64,000 nucleotides of DNA, taken from NCBI RefSeq assembly GCF_048593235.1, contig NC_133618.1:513565675-513629674 (forward strand). Direction: 5' to 3'. A model generated the notes under the pieces. The model ran no database searches and was not told the origin of the DNA. It saw only the letters and a program-made list of their open reading frames with translations. Positions 48,901 through 60,534 of the stretch are shown piece by piece; the first letter of the stretch is position 1; every line of letters begins with the position of its first letter. The position numbers and the translations under genes are program-made. The DNA is from Sminthopsis crassicaudata. Lineage: Eukaryota.

Positions 48901-51900
48901 GGAGTACCCTACCACTCACTACCAAATATGTATGTATTTCATTATTTGGCTCTCTTCACGATTCCTGGCTATCCTTTAAAAAAAAAAAAAAATTAAGATT
49001 ATACATGTATATATATATTTTACGTATATCCATACGAATCATGTTGGGAGAGGAAAATCAGAACAAAGGGGAAAACAAAAAAACAAAAATAAAAAAAAAA
49101 AAAAAACGAAGGAAAAAAAGATGAAACCAGTATGCTTCAATACATACTCAGTCTCCATAGTTCCCTCTCTGGATGTGGATAGCATTTTCCATTCAAAGTT
49201 TACTGGAATTGCTTTGCATCACCAAATTGTTGAGAAAAGCTAAGTCTATCACACTTGATCACCACACAATCTTGCTGTTACTGTATACAATATTTTCTGG
49301 TTCTGCTACATCACTCAGCATAAGTTTATTAAGTCTTTCCAGGCTTTTCTGAAATCTGGCTATATATTTTTTTCTCCACTAGTGATGATGACAAGTATAG
49401 CCTAGCAGTGAACTCTTACCATTAGACACTGCTAAAACCCTGATCTCTAAATCTTTTCTTGCTATTTTGTTCATTTTTATTATCATCATTATTTACTTAG
49501 TATTTTATTTTTCCTGGTTAGATGTAAACCATTTTTAATATTTGTTTTTAAAACTCCTGAATTCCAGATTTCTCCCCTTCCTCCCTTCCCATCCCCCTCC
49601 CCCACTGAGAGGGCACATGATGTTATGCAAAACATTTCTATAATGTATTCCTTTTTATTCCATTCTATTTATGCCTTTAATCTTTCACTTTCACCTCAAA
49701 AGCATAGTTGATAGTATTCCAATGTGCTCACACCATTCATATACTCAAAAATCTTTGACTCTCCAATATTCAAGAATAATTCTCTAGAGCTAGTAGTAAA
49801 GTATAGATTTTATAGTTTAGCATTAAAAATTTCAAATACTTCCAACTTTATCTCTTACTGCTCCCCAAAATGAACCCTTTACTCCAAACAAATTAGTTTC
49901 ATTTCTTGAAAATGCCATGTACATTTCTACTTTCAACCTTTATATCATGACATTTTTCCTGGTTCTAACAATGCCCTCTAGACACTGATGCATTGTTGGT
50001 GGAGTTGTGAAAGAATCCAACCATTCTGGAGAGCAATCTGGAATTATGCCCAAAAAGTTATCAAACTGTGCATACCCTTTGACCCAGCAGTGCTACTACT
50101 GGGCTTACATCCCAAGGAAATACTGAAGAAGAGAAAGGGACCTGTATGCGCCAAAATGTTCATGGCAGCTCTTTTTGTAGTGGATAGAAACTGGAAAATG
50201 AATGGATGCCCACCAATTGGAGAATGCTTGGGTAAATTATGGTATATGAATGTTATAGGATATTGTTCTGTAAGAAATGACCAGCAGGATGAATACAAGG
50301 AGGCTTGGAGAGACTTACATGAACTGATACTGAGTGAAATGAGCAGAACCAGGAGATCATTATGTACTTCAACAACAATATTGTATGAGACTGTATTCTG
50401 ATGGAAGTGGATGTCTTCAACATAGACAAGATCCAACTCACTTCCAGTTGATCAATGATGGACAGAATCAGCTACACCCAGAGAAGGAACACTGGAAAAT
50501 GAGTGTAAACTGTTTGCATTTTATGTTTTTCTTCCCAGATTATTTTTACCTTCCGAATCCAATTCTTCCTTTGCAACAATAACAACAACAAAAATTGGTT
50601 CTGCACAAATATATATTGTATCTAGGATATACTATAACATATTTAATATGTATGGGAATGCCTGCCATCTAGGGGAGGGGGTGGAGGGAAGGAGGGGAAA
50701 ATTCGGAACAGAAGGGAGTACAAGGGATAATGCTGTAAAAAAAATTACCTTATGCATGCATATGTACTGTCAAAAAAAGTTATAATTATAAAATTAATAA
50801 GAAAAAAAAGAAGGAAAAAAAAAACTGGCATGAAAAAATTCTCCAAATCATTAATACTTAGAGAAATGCAAATTAAAATAACTCTTAAGATTCTACTTCA
50901 TACTTATAAGATTGGCAAAGATGTTCCAAAAAAAAAAAAAAAAGGAGGGAAAACAACTGCTAGAATAGTTGTGAAAAGATGGGCAAACTGATATATTACT
51001 GATTGAGTTATGAAATGGTCCAGCAATTCTAGAAAGCAATTTGGAACTTTCTGTATATACACTGTGCATACATATTCTTTGACATAGTGATACCATTAGT
51101 AAGTCTACGTCCCAGAGAGATTAGAAAAGAACTCTCATGGGCTATAAAAATACTCATAGCAGCTCTTGTTGCAGCAAAGAACTGGATCCTAAGAAAATGG
51201 CTATCAAGTGAGGAAAGGTTGAACAAATTAAAAATTTCTAAGAAATAAAAAAGGAGATAGTTTCAGAGAAATACAGGAAAATATATATGAACTTATGCAA
51301 AGTCAAGTAAACAGTAACAGGAGGATAATTTTATACAGTTAACAACAACACTGTAAAGAAAAACAACTCTGAAAGATTTGAGAATTTGTCAAAGTGCTCA
51401 CTGATCACTCATGATTCCAGAGGAACCAAATTTGAAACATGGTACCTACCAATAAAAATAACTGCTGACTCAAGGTGCAGAATAAGACATTTTTTGGACA
51501 AGGAAAATGTGAATTAGTTGTCTGAATATGCTTTTTTGTAACAGCAGTTGTGTTTTTCTTTTTTTTTTTTTTTTAATAAGAGGAGGGGAGGTTGAGAGGA
51601 AAAGGTTGCTAGCAATAATGTTGCCAAAAAAAAAGAAAAAAAAGAAAAGAGGGTCATTGAAACATTTCAAAAAATGCAGAGAACAAAGAAGTTCAGAAGG
51701 AAGCACAGACAAGGATGACAGTTATAAAAGTAACATGCTTAATTTATTATATACCTTTTAAAAAAAACAAGTTGCACGTATTAAACACTTGCAGTTCCAT
51801 ATATAATCCTTTTCTGTTTTGCTTTCTTCATGAAAATATTGTTTTTCATGTTTAAGTTCAGAATTAAAAAAAAAATTTTAAAGGAGCAAAAGAGACTCAA

Positions 51901-54900
51901 TAAAACATTTAAAAAGAAAAAAAAATTCTATGTATGATTTAGTAGACGGTTACTTCCACTTGAAAGACTTCAGTTAAAAGTACAGTATGATCAAGGATAA
52001 AATTTGCCAAATAATGAGAAGAGCCTAGGATTTTAAAAGAACCTATTAAGTTGTCAAAAAGAACTGCTTTCCAATTGAGCTAAATTGTGGGATATGAGCT
52101 GAACTGAACTCTTAAGTTGGCTTTAAAATTTAGCTAAACATGTGTCATTTTAATTACCAATAAGAAACAATTGTTGTTGCTGGCTTAGAGGCTCTTTTAA
52201 TAATCTACTTCTGTATCAGATCCTTCTTCAAAACAGTGTTTTATCTTTGCAATGTCCTTCCCTTCTTCTAGTCTACCAAACATTCTCATAGTTAAAAAAT
52301 TCCTAAAATCTTACTTCTATGAAACCTTCTTAGACCAGAAGACTATTTCCCATCACTTTATCTAATCTAAAACCAATAAACTTTTATTTAGCATTTTGAG
52401 GTTTGAAAAAACATTTTGTTCATTACAAATCTGTGAGGCATTTCACAGATGAGAAAGGTAAGAAAAGTTAAATGATTTTCTCTTAATCACATAGTTGATT
52501 AAATATCTCCAGAAAAATTCTAATTCAAATCTTTTAAGCTAACTTTCAAGTTGAGGGTTTTATCCACTATACCAATGCATAGGTAGGGAGTTCCCTTATC
52601 ATTATGTCTTTGGCTTCTGTTCATTGTTATTCAGTTGTGTTTTCATGAATGCATTTGGGATTCTCCAGATTTGTCCTTTCTTTCTCCAGCTCACTTTACA
52701 GATGAGGAACTAAGGCAAACAGGATTAAGTGATTTGCCCAGGTCACACAGCTGTGTCTTGATAAAATGTCACATTTCAACTCAGGCAGATGAGTCTTCCT
52801 GATTCCAAGCCCAATGCTCCATCCATTGTCCACAACCTATCCTTAGACACACTTAATCAAAGTTTATATAAAATGATAATATTTTACTATTCACATATTA
52901 GTTTTTTATCTTATTATCTATATATATACTTTATACTAACCCGAGTTATCATGAAAGCATTTGTCTTTAACTGCCAACATACATAGCTGGAAATGACCAG
53001 GCTTAAATAACTTTCATTGATAGCATCTTATTAGGTACAAGACACACAATGAATTCTGATGACATTAATTAATGATGGTGAAAACTCAGAAAACTACTGT
53101 AAGATACTTATTGGGAAGGAAAGCTGGATGTGAGGTGACAGGTGTGAGTTCTAATAGTATTGCTATGATTACTAACTAAATTCAGGATAGAGGTGGCTAA
53201 GATGATTTATTTTAAAAAATACATACACCCCAAACTTTAAAAAAAGTAAAACAGAAATAAAATGAAAGCAGAATCAAAGGGACACGAATTCTATAAGATA
53301 AGGTAGTTAGAATTTCCCTGCAATTGTCATGCAGCCTTATTTAAAAAAAAAAAAAAAAAAAGGGCGGGATAATAACTTCAGCCCCATCAGCTTTGCAGTG
53401 CAGAGGGGAAAGATGCATACTAGCTGAGTATCTACTGACCTCTAGGTGTGGTGTCTCCAAGCTGCCCTGAAACACAGGAGGCAGCAAGGAAACCACTCCC
53501 TCAGGATGGATCATCTTGTTCTCTGACTAGGCTGAGACTTCTACAAAGCACAGAAGGGGGGGGGGGGGGGAAAGGAAGGGAGGGAAACAGCTCAACATGT
53601 GGAAATGAAGTGAAGGACAAAAAGCTATGAACACAATCTCTGTCTCTCACACACACACATACCCTCTCAATCTATCTAGCAGACATCTTTTATTCCAGAT
53701 CTATCTGCTGGATGGAATGGTTCCAATGAAAATAAGTCAACTCAAACTTCTTTCTCTGACAAAAAGTAAGTGGTTAGTCTCATGGGTCAGAGACAAAAAG
53801 TAGAAATTCCAACCTGTAATACTTATTAGTGAAACAGTATTGTCAGAAAAACCTATCGATATGAAAAACTCATTTTCTTTTATCTCCTAGAAAAGAAAGA
53901 GGCTGACAATCTAAGGTTACCTTCAAGTTCTGCAGCTTCTCGAGCTTCTCGTTCCAGTCGCTGCCTGAGAAGTTCCTGCTGCTTTTCCAGATATTGCTTT
54001 ATAAAGCTATTCTGGCTCATTTCCTCACCAATCTGTAAAAAACAACAGAAAGAATAAGAATCTCAGAGTACAACACAAAAGAATAAAACAGGAAGAAAGC
54101 ACAATGGAAGAAACATCTAAAAAAATATGATGGGCTGTGTGTCTCACAAAGTAGCAATAGAAGGAATTAGGTGCAATCTTAATTCTAACCATCCAGTTCA
54201 AACTGATACAATCCAACTTGATGTTTTATCTTACATAAATGTTAGCAAGAATTATAGTTTAAAAGATTGTACATGGTTATTAATCTTTATCAGAATGTTT
54301 GTGAGTAATGTTCTCTCTAAAATGTAATGTTGTCTGTTGAGGTTTTCTTGGGGTCTCTAAGAGCAGCCTTCCTTGCAGTTCAGGGGTTAAAGTCCAAATC
54401 CTTTATTGTCTCTTTCAAAGTCTTATCTCCTTCACTTGGGACTCGGCTAGTTGTCTGGAGGCCTTCTGGAGTCTTGGTTTCAGTGGAGAAGCAAAGGAGA
54501 AGAGCCTGCCACTAAGGCAGTGTGAGATGGGATGAATCTGTCTGAGTCTAAGGGTTTGTGCTCCAGCCTTCAGCCCGCTTGTCTCTGAATCTCTGACTCT
54601 CCCTGGCTGAGGTTTCTACCTTATATGCTACACACTGAGTATACACCAATCATTATATCACTAGGAAATCATTATTTGTTGCAGGGATAAATCAATGCTA
54701 AACTAGATTTAGCCATTGTCTCCTCAATTCCACTTAATAGCTTGTTTCAAGTTCTGGCCCATAACATCTTGTAGGATTATATCAATCATTCTGAACCATG
54801 CTAAATTAGATAACTATTGTCTTTATCAATTCCACTGATTTAGTCCCTTGTAAGAATCCTTTGTTTCATGTTCAGAGTTCTGGTCCATAATACTTGTGGT

Positions 54901-57900
54901 CATGGTAAGGGAGGAAGGGAAAGAAATTTGGAATACAAAATCTTACAAAAATGAAATGCTGAAAACTATCTTAATGTGTATTTGGAAAAATAAAATACTA
55001 GTGAGAAAAAACATTTATAGCTACAATGTATGCGGATTTCATAAGCCTTTTTACAATTTAGAATAATTTAAATTATTTGTGTCAACTAAAGAGATAGGCA
55101 ACTGAAGAGACAAAATTTTCACCATTCTCTATCAACACACAGAAAAGCCTAATAGTCTCCATAATTTAGATTGAGTAGTTAAAAACCTGTCCATCTATAT
55201 GCTAAGTAAATTTATAATTCAGCTTTTTTGGAGTTGTGGCAAAATTACTGAAAACTAACAATTTAAGGCTCTTTAAGACTCTAAGAACCATTTTTTTAAA
55301 AAAGAAAAGACTTCAATAAAGAAATAAAACTTTTAAAATATTTAATATTTCACAAGGCCTGGATCTTAGGTAGAGATCAGAAGATTTATAAACAATTTAA
55401 GCCCATGTTTGTAAGAACAGAGCTGCTAGGTTGGAAACACTACAACATAGAGCACGGCTTAGCCTGGGCCAGTTTATTAGGTTGTTAAAGTACCTGAACT
55501 AGAGCTTTGTAAACTGGCAGGATTAAGGAAGTGTCTGGCTTAATGAGGAGATAACAAGGGAAAGGTGGGGCCTCAGTGGAGTTTGTTTTTCCCTAGTATC
55601 CTGGGACTTAATCTAACAGTGAAACTGTAAATGTTCAAAATAAGAGAGGCTTGTGTTTGTCCTTTAATGTTCTGCTATAGAACCAGACTATCAAAATTGA
55701 AAGGAACTTTTACAGATTTAAATACAACTCTTCTCATTTTAGAGATTAAAAAAATGGAGACCCAGATAGCTTTGATGACTTCTCCAAAATCACATAACCA
55801 ATCAAACAATAGCAAGCTCCTACTATGTGCCAAGCACTATGATAAGAGCTAGGGATATAAAGAGGCAAAAGACAGTATCTGCCAAAGCAAACTACATATA
55901 GGATAAACAGGAGATATTAAAAGAAAAAAGACAATGGAATTAAGAGGGATTGGGGAAAGCTTCTTTTAGGTGAGATTTTAGTTGGGACTTAAAGGAAGCT
56001 ACAGAGGTCAACAGTGTTTCAGACATGGGTGACAGCCAGAAAGAATGAATGCCTGGAGCGAGGAGATGGAGTGTCTCATTTGTGGAACAGCCAGAAGGCC
56101 ACTATCACAGCTAATTATATCCAGAAGGAAAAGGATTAAAACTTATTTTTTCAAAATTAAATGATCTACAAGACTCTTATTAAATGGGAGAAATTAGTGG
56201 GTAACCTAGTTCTGGCTACCATTTATAATTCTATGTCAAAATAAGCTCGTTTGTCCAAACTCTTCTAACAAAATGTCAATTTCAAATTTATATCCAGTAT
56301 CATCATGATAATTTTTTTTTTCTCTTAAGTGGAAAATAGATGCTCTGACATTCTGAACCCACTCTAGGTTATTCCTCTTAACAATTCTATTAAACCCATA
56401 TGTGAATGTCAGAAAGTAACATGACAGCTCTTTTCCTTAGGATCTTGTAAATGACTGAAATGAACTAAAGAATTCAATAGCTTTAGGAGAGAATTATGTG
56501 AACTGGGAAGGATTTCAGTAATAAAAATTTCAGGCACTGGTATGTCCATATTTACATCAGCAGCCCACTATTATTAAATGAAACCTTTCTCTTACCTGGG
56601 AATTTGGCTGGAATGCAGTGTGAGGTGTTGAATGTTTCTGTAAATTCTCCAGCATTAGAGCCTGGGATAAAGACAGAAGAAACTCAGAAACCCAAAAAAG
56701 TCAAACCCTCTTCCTCCACCCCCTTTTCCAAATGAAAAACTAACCATATACACTCTAATTAAGCTTATTTTCCAAGGACTTCAAAGTCCTTTATTAATAT
56801 TGCTTTCATTCAGTTTCAGAAGAACCATAAGGGCAGCCATGCCAATTGTCCTCAACGTACAGATGCAAAAACTCAGAAATACATAAATTAAAGCCAGTTA
56901 TATACTCCTGTCCAAAAAACCCAAAAAACCCAAACCAAACCAAAACAACAACAACAACAAAAAACCAAGCCAATGACAGATTAGGATTCTCAGTTATTCT
57001 ACCTTTAGCTCTCAAACCTGGCCTTGCCTGGCCATCACATTCAATTCAAAGATTAAAACTTCCCTTAGAGTTCCAAATTAATGCTTAATTGCTGTTCTTA
57101 TTTTGACAGAGAGCTGATAAATTAATAGAGCACAAGCTCTTTGAAATGGGCTTGTACAGCAGCGAATTCAAGAGTAAGTGCTTTATAATTCTTTCCAAGA
57201 GGTGTACATGCCCAAATAGCTAATCAAAAATTAAATAAATAAATAATAAACTTAAGCCACTTTGGTTTATCACAACTGCAAGTTGGTTTGACTAAACATG
57301 AAAGAGAACAATCATTATTAATCCTAGATCCAACAACCCAATCCCCAAAACTATTTGTTCCCCAGACAACACAACCTCAAGGCCAAGGCCAAACACTGTC
57401 AACTCAAGCCCATTACTCCCTGTAAAATGTTAACCCTACCCTAATTCAAACACTGACATTATCTCCTAATTCAACTACTCCAAATCTATATTTTTATCAA
57501 TTAAACTACCTAATGGCAAACCCTCACTGATTACCAATTTTCAATATTATCTACTCAAATCAATCATATCCAAGGTCTTCGAAACCACACTAACCGGTCT
57601 TGTTTCCTCCAGTGAAGACAACTCTACCTCAATTGGGACCCCCATAAACAAATAGCCCACAACCAGCCAAGCCCCTTTTCCAGTTTTTTCCTTCACTTCA
57701 TTCTCCAATATAATTAACCCCTTCAGTGCCAACCTAAACAAGCCCCAGTTCCTATCTACCTTCTTAGTCAGACCCGGTCTTCCCGATAACAACCCCAACC
57801 GCCACTTTGCCCAACTATCCCTCTAACTCTGAGTCCTCCTCCCCCCCAACCCCCCCCCCCCGTCGCCAACCCCCGCCTTCCCACGGGTCAATAACACTAG

Positions 57901-58372
57901 TGGTGGTGGTGGGATTTAACTCCTGCCGCGCATGCGCCGAAACCACAGACACAAACAAGGAGGGGGTGGGGGAGGAGGAAGCGCAAGACACTCTAGGGAA
58001 AGCAGCGCGCACCCTCCCGTTTCGAGCTCGCGTAGCTGCCGTTAAAGGCGGGAACCGGCACGGGCTCCCTTCCAGCACGAGCCCCACCAACCACCGCGCG
58101 CGCGGATCCAAAGGCTCGCGCTGGCGGCCTGAGCGAGCTCGCGCCGAGCCCGGATACTGCGCCTGCGCCGCCGCCGCGGCTCGTCTCTACCGGGTCCGCT
58201 CCCCTCCGACGCCCCTGCGACGCAGTCTCCTTACCCCTTTGAGCCGCTTGACCAGAGCACTCTTCTGTCCACTCTTGGCCAGGCCTCGCTGTTCTAGTGC
58301 GGCCTTCAGGTCGGTCACCCGCAGCGCCTGAAGCGGCTTCCCGTCCAGAGTCACCTCCTCCAGCTCCGCCAT
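19485..58372 (-). CDS. ACIN1: Apoptotic chromatin condensation inducer 1 (Acinus-L); 1245 aa without exon 4
   Basis: Exons, all GT-AG with consistent phases: 58372-58235, 56661-56596, 54032-53921, [53540-53421 exon 4 with stop], 44230-44142, 38231-36948, 36397-36170, 34766-34651, 26915-26774, 23066-23024, 22254-22121, 22028-21876, 21560-21419, 21324-21179, 21027-20920, 20795-20688, 20447-20123, 20031-19931, 19787-19485. Sum without exon 4 is 3738 nt. Domains: SAP ([28 protein letters not shown]), acidic and RS tracts, RRM ([19 protein letters not shown]), caspase-3 site DELD across the 20688/20447 junction, RSB motif [13 protein letters not shown]-terminal RDRGGRR*. Confidence 0.96.
24297..24530. 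other. Assembly gap (234 N)
   Basis: N run. Confidence 1.
25687..25858. other. Assembly gap (172 N)
   Basis: N run. Confidence 1.
28414..28589. other. Assembly gap (176 N)
   Basis: N run. Confidence 1.
28791..28917 (-). CDS. ACIN1: Alternative first coding exon of the short isoform Acinus-S' (internal promoter about 28900-29150); 1 nt short of frame as assembled
   Basis: ATG at 28917 reads [34 protein letters not shown]..., matching the recalled human Acinus-S' N-terminus [30 protein letters not shown]. Donor |gtgagg at 28790. Confidence 0.8.
29720..29960. mobile_element. MIR-type SINE relics
   Basis: ttaagtgacttg.. and tttcttcatttgcaaaatgagg..gaaaggtctcatccagctct MIR cores. Confidence 0.5.
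35698..35925 (+). mobile_element. 5'-truncated marsupial L1 3' end
   Basis: ttcttcccagattatttttacctt...ggagagggggtggag...aaaaattacccatgcatat..aataaaaa; similar to the L1 tail at about 50520-50800. Confidence 0.75.
38468..38680 (+). mobile_element. MIR/MAR1-like CORE-SINE
   Basis: gtatggcatagtggata..gagtcaggaag..tgaccctgagcaagtcatttaac. Confidence 0.65.
39040..39850 (+). mobile_element. Old degenerate L1 (ORF2 3' part and 3' UTR)
   Basis: aaaagctttttgcacaaataaaaccaatgcag..ggtcaaaggatatgaacaggcagttttcag..gaagacttatgagctgatgcagagtgaaatgaacagaac. Confidence 0.75.
39714..40071 (+). repeat. Tandem duplication, period about 187 bp, with a (TA)n expansion in copy 2
   Basis: tattttcttccagtggaaat at 39714 and 39901; both copies end aataaaattttacaaagatagagaaaa. 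Confidence 0.85.
40476..42929 (-). mobile_element. Composite of three head-to-tail L1 3' fragments (40476-41391, 41392-42037, 42038-42929) flanked by a 17-bp TSD
   Basis: Each fragment has its own A-rich tail and ORF2-end peptides ([31 protein letters not shown]). TSD tctatgccttaaatctt 40459-40475 and tctatgtcttaaatctt 42930-42946. Confidence 0.85.
43440..43590. mobile_element. L2-like relic
   Basis: gttccttgagggagggactg..gtattcccaggtcttagcacagtg..tttaatatttactgact. Confidence 0.5.
44515..44660 (+). mobile_element. MIR-like CORE-SINE
   Basis: cagtggatagaattctggacttggattcaggaaaacttgag..gtgtgatccaggccaagtcact..ataaaatg. Confidence 0.6.
45672..45809 (-). mobile_element. Young marsupial tRNA-derived SINE (WSINE1/SINE1-like)
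   Basis: ggggttaagtgacttgcccagagtcacacagctag..gatttgaactcaggtcctcctgact..ctctaaccactgcaccacctagctgcccc; A and B boxes on the minus strand. Confidence 0.8.
46385..46590 (+). mobile_element. MIR3-like relic
   Basis: ggtacagtg..cccagagtcagaaagaccagag..agtttcctcttctgtaaaatagggataatagcacc. Confidence 0.55.
47300..47390 (+). mobile_element. Partial marsupial tRNA-derived SINE
   Basis: ggaggatccaagttcaaatctg..cagctgtgtgaccctgggcaagtcacttaacccc. Confidence 0.7.
48990..49355 (-). mobile_element. Older L1 3' fragment
   Basis: catagttccctctctggatgtggatagcattttcc..catcactcagcataag..tctttccaggcttttctgaaatc. Confidence 0.7.
49981..50823 (+). mobile_element. 5'-truncated marsupial L1 with poly(A) tail
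   Basis: ORF2 C-terminus ([22 protein letters not shown]...[11 protein letters not shown]), G-rich 3' UTR, A-rich tail about 50795-50823. Confidence 0.9.
50825..51900 (+). mobile_element. Old degenerate L1 ORF2/3' UTR fragment
   Basis: [18 protein letters not shown] peptide, then atactcatagcagctcttgttgcagcaaagaactgg. Confidence 0.7.
52690..52840 (-). mobile_element. MIR/CORE-SINE
   Basis: ttacagatgaggaactaaggcaaacaggattaagtgatttgcccaggtcacacagc..caactcaggcagatgagtcttcctgattccaagccc. Confidence 0.7.
53421..53540 (-). pseudogene. ACIN1: ACIN1 exon 4 homologue (120 nt, phase 1-1) with an in-frame TAG at 53529-53527; poison exon or decaying cassette exon
   Basis: tttgtag|AA GTC TCA GCC TAG TCA GAG AAC AAG ATG ATC CAT CCT GAG GGA GTG ... 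TCA GCT A|gtatgc = [39 protein letters not shown]. Recalled human: [40 protein letters not shown]. Confidence 0.85.
54323..54902 (-). mobile_element. Possible solo LTR with a duplicated U3-like segment
   Basis: TG...CA-like ends; on the minus strand ATATAA (54626-54621) precedes AATAAA (54407-54402); internal repeat of about 124 bp (54652-54775, 54776-54897). No TSD found. Confidence 0.4.
55820..56100 (+). mobile_element. L2-like relic
   Basis: ctactatgtgccaagcactatgataagagctagggatataaagaggcaaaagacag..ggatttggggaaagcttc-like purine-rich L2 3' region. Confidence 0.55.
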
Positions 58373-58920
58373 CTTGTGTGAGGTACTCGGCTCCCGTCTC
58401 GACGGCTTCGGGCATCTTCGGTAATTTCCGCCAACGCCCTTCGAACGTGCCGATCCGACCCCGCCCACTGCCACGGCCAACCCTTTTCCCCTCCCTGTAA
58501 GATCCGAACGTTCAGCCTTTTCGAGAGCATTCGGGTATTTCCGTCCCTATTTTAGCACCAATCACCGGCTTCCATTCTTTCCATAGGCTCCGCCCCTCGC
58601 GACTCCTCTCAGATCTCGGACAAATCCGCCCTACCGAGTTTAGGACTAGTTTTCATTTGTAAACAGTGGCAGCGCAGGATTCGGAGACCCTCGGCTTTCT
58701 TCGGCTCCTCTGCTCCGGAGATACTGTCCGACTTCCTGGTGCCGAGGCCCTCGGGGAGTGGAAGGGGGTTCGGTCCTTGTTTGAGGTCCGGAAGTGCGTG
58801 GGTTGCCCAGTGGGGTTTGCTGGGAACTTGGCGATAGCTGAGGTAGCCGGAGCTCACGGACTCCTATGACTTCCTTCTGAGGTCCCCCGGGGTGAGAATC
58901 GAGAGGTAAGCTAGGAGGCC
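57850..58920. promoter_or_regulatory. Bidirectional CpG-island promoter ACIN1 / C14orf119
   Basis: CpG-rich. YY1 motif CCGCCATCTT 58366-58375 over the ACIN1 ATG; CCAAT 58558-58562; GC box about 58589; ETS ACTTCCTG 58731 and CCGGAAGT 58788-58795; C14orf119 non-coding exon donor GAG|gtaagc at 58905/58906. Confidence 0.8.
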
Positions 58921-60534
58921 AAGTCTCCTTGGGACCAGCTCACCTTTTATCTGGGCTCTGGGGTCTGTGCTCCACCCCACTCCGGAGCGGCCAACCTCGC
59001 CCCCTGGCTCTTGGTCTGGCGAGGAGCCTCCTGGGGAATGGCTGGGGGGCAGTGTTGGAACTTATATCCCGGATACCCAAACTTGAGCCAGACTTCAGGG
59101 AGCCCAAGTTTCTCGCTTTCCCCTCACCCCCATGAGCTCAACATCTAGTCTAAGGGGAAGATTGACTTCAATATTTAGCGCCCACAGATTACAGTATCAT
59201 TACTTGCATGCTAAAATGAGGTGGGACACAGAGCCCCCGACTTGTGTCCTATGCATTGAAACTCGTATTTGGAACTACTCGAATCCAGACGAGAGAGTTT
59301 TAATTCCCCGGGTAGCTGTCCTACATTTCGGTGCCTACCTTAGCGAGACACCTGTGGCAACATTGTAGCGCATAATTCCTTTCTTCTGAGAGCTAAATTT
59401 GCATTCCGCCCTGCTCCTCGGTTCCTAGGTATTCCGGCTATTTGGGCCCATGAAGGAAGGACTAGCAGCTCCTTGGGCAGAGAAGTGAGATCTCAGCTGT
59501 GGCTGATAATTTAGTCAGGGCTTGCCTTCATTCGGTGACCACGGTTGCTGCGTATTTTTCACTTTTGTCAGAAGTGCCTAGTAGTCACTCCGTAATTGTT
59601 GAATTGCGTAGAAAAAACTTTATCTTACCTGACAGCATTTGTAGGCTAGCAGTTTCATATTTTGATTTTTAAGGGATTTAAAATAACTTAGTTGAAATAG
59701 GACATAACTTCAGAAGACCCAAAAAAAATCAACTCAAGTATTTGTCAGTATATGTTAGTAAATGAGATGGAAATTCTATACAGTGAGTAAAAATATAAAC
59801 ATCTATTCCATCCCTTCAAATGCTTGACTTACCAAACAAACCATACTGTTTCTCCAGAGCTTTTGGCAAAGAACACAAGATTTATATTTCTTACTAGTCT
59901 CTTGCATGACTTTGGATGAGTCCCTTATGTTTGTAAATTTTTTTCAGTTGCAAAATGAAACAATTGCTTTACAGTGAATTAAACAGATAATCCTGCATGA
60001 AGCTCAAAGCCATCCAATGGCTGTTTACAATTCAAAGACGACTCTTCATCTGGAAACTTAGTGATGACTTTCAACATTATTTATTCTATTCAGTGACAAA
60101 ACATTCAAAGTCTTGTGTAGCTATATTCTATAAAAACCTGCTGTTAGATGTTTATTTATTTTAGAGGAAATAAGTTAGATCAAGAAGCTTCTGGCTTTTG
60201 CCCTTTTTGGGGGTAGGGGGTTTAGGTAGGAAGGGGTAGAATGAGAGATGTTGGTTGTTATATTCCAAAGGGAAGCTCTGAGTTTGAAGAAGTGGGGAGT
60301 AACGTTGGCCGATTTGGCGCAAAATCATTTTAAACCGACCTTTTTTTCAATGTACTGTTATTTGGGGAAAACTAAGCAGAAAGAAATGCTATTTATTTTC
60401 CCAAATATTTAAATATGGGGGGGGAGTACATTTATTTATGTATTTGAAGAGCTAAGTTTTGTGCCAAGAGCCTTCATGAGCCTTAGAATTTAGAGGTATT
60501 TTTATTTTATTCGTCTTTTTGTTTTACTCTCAGG

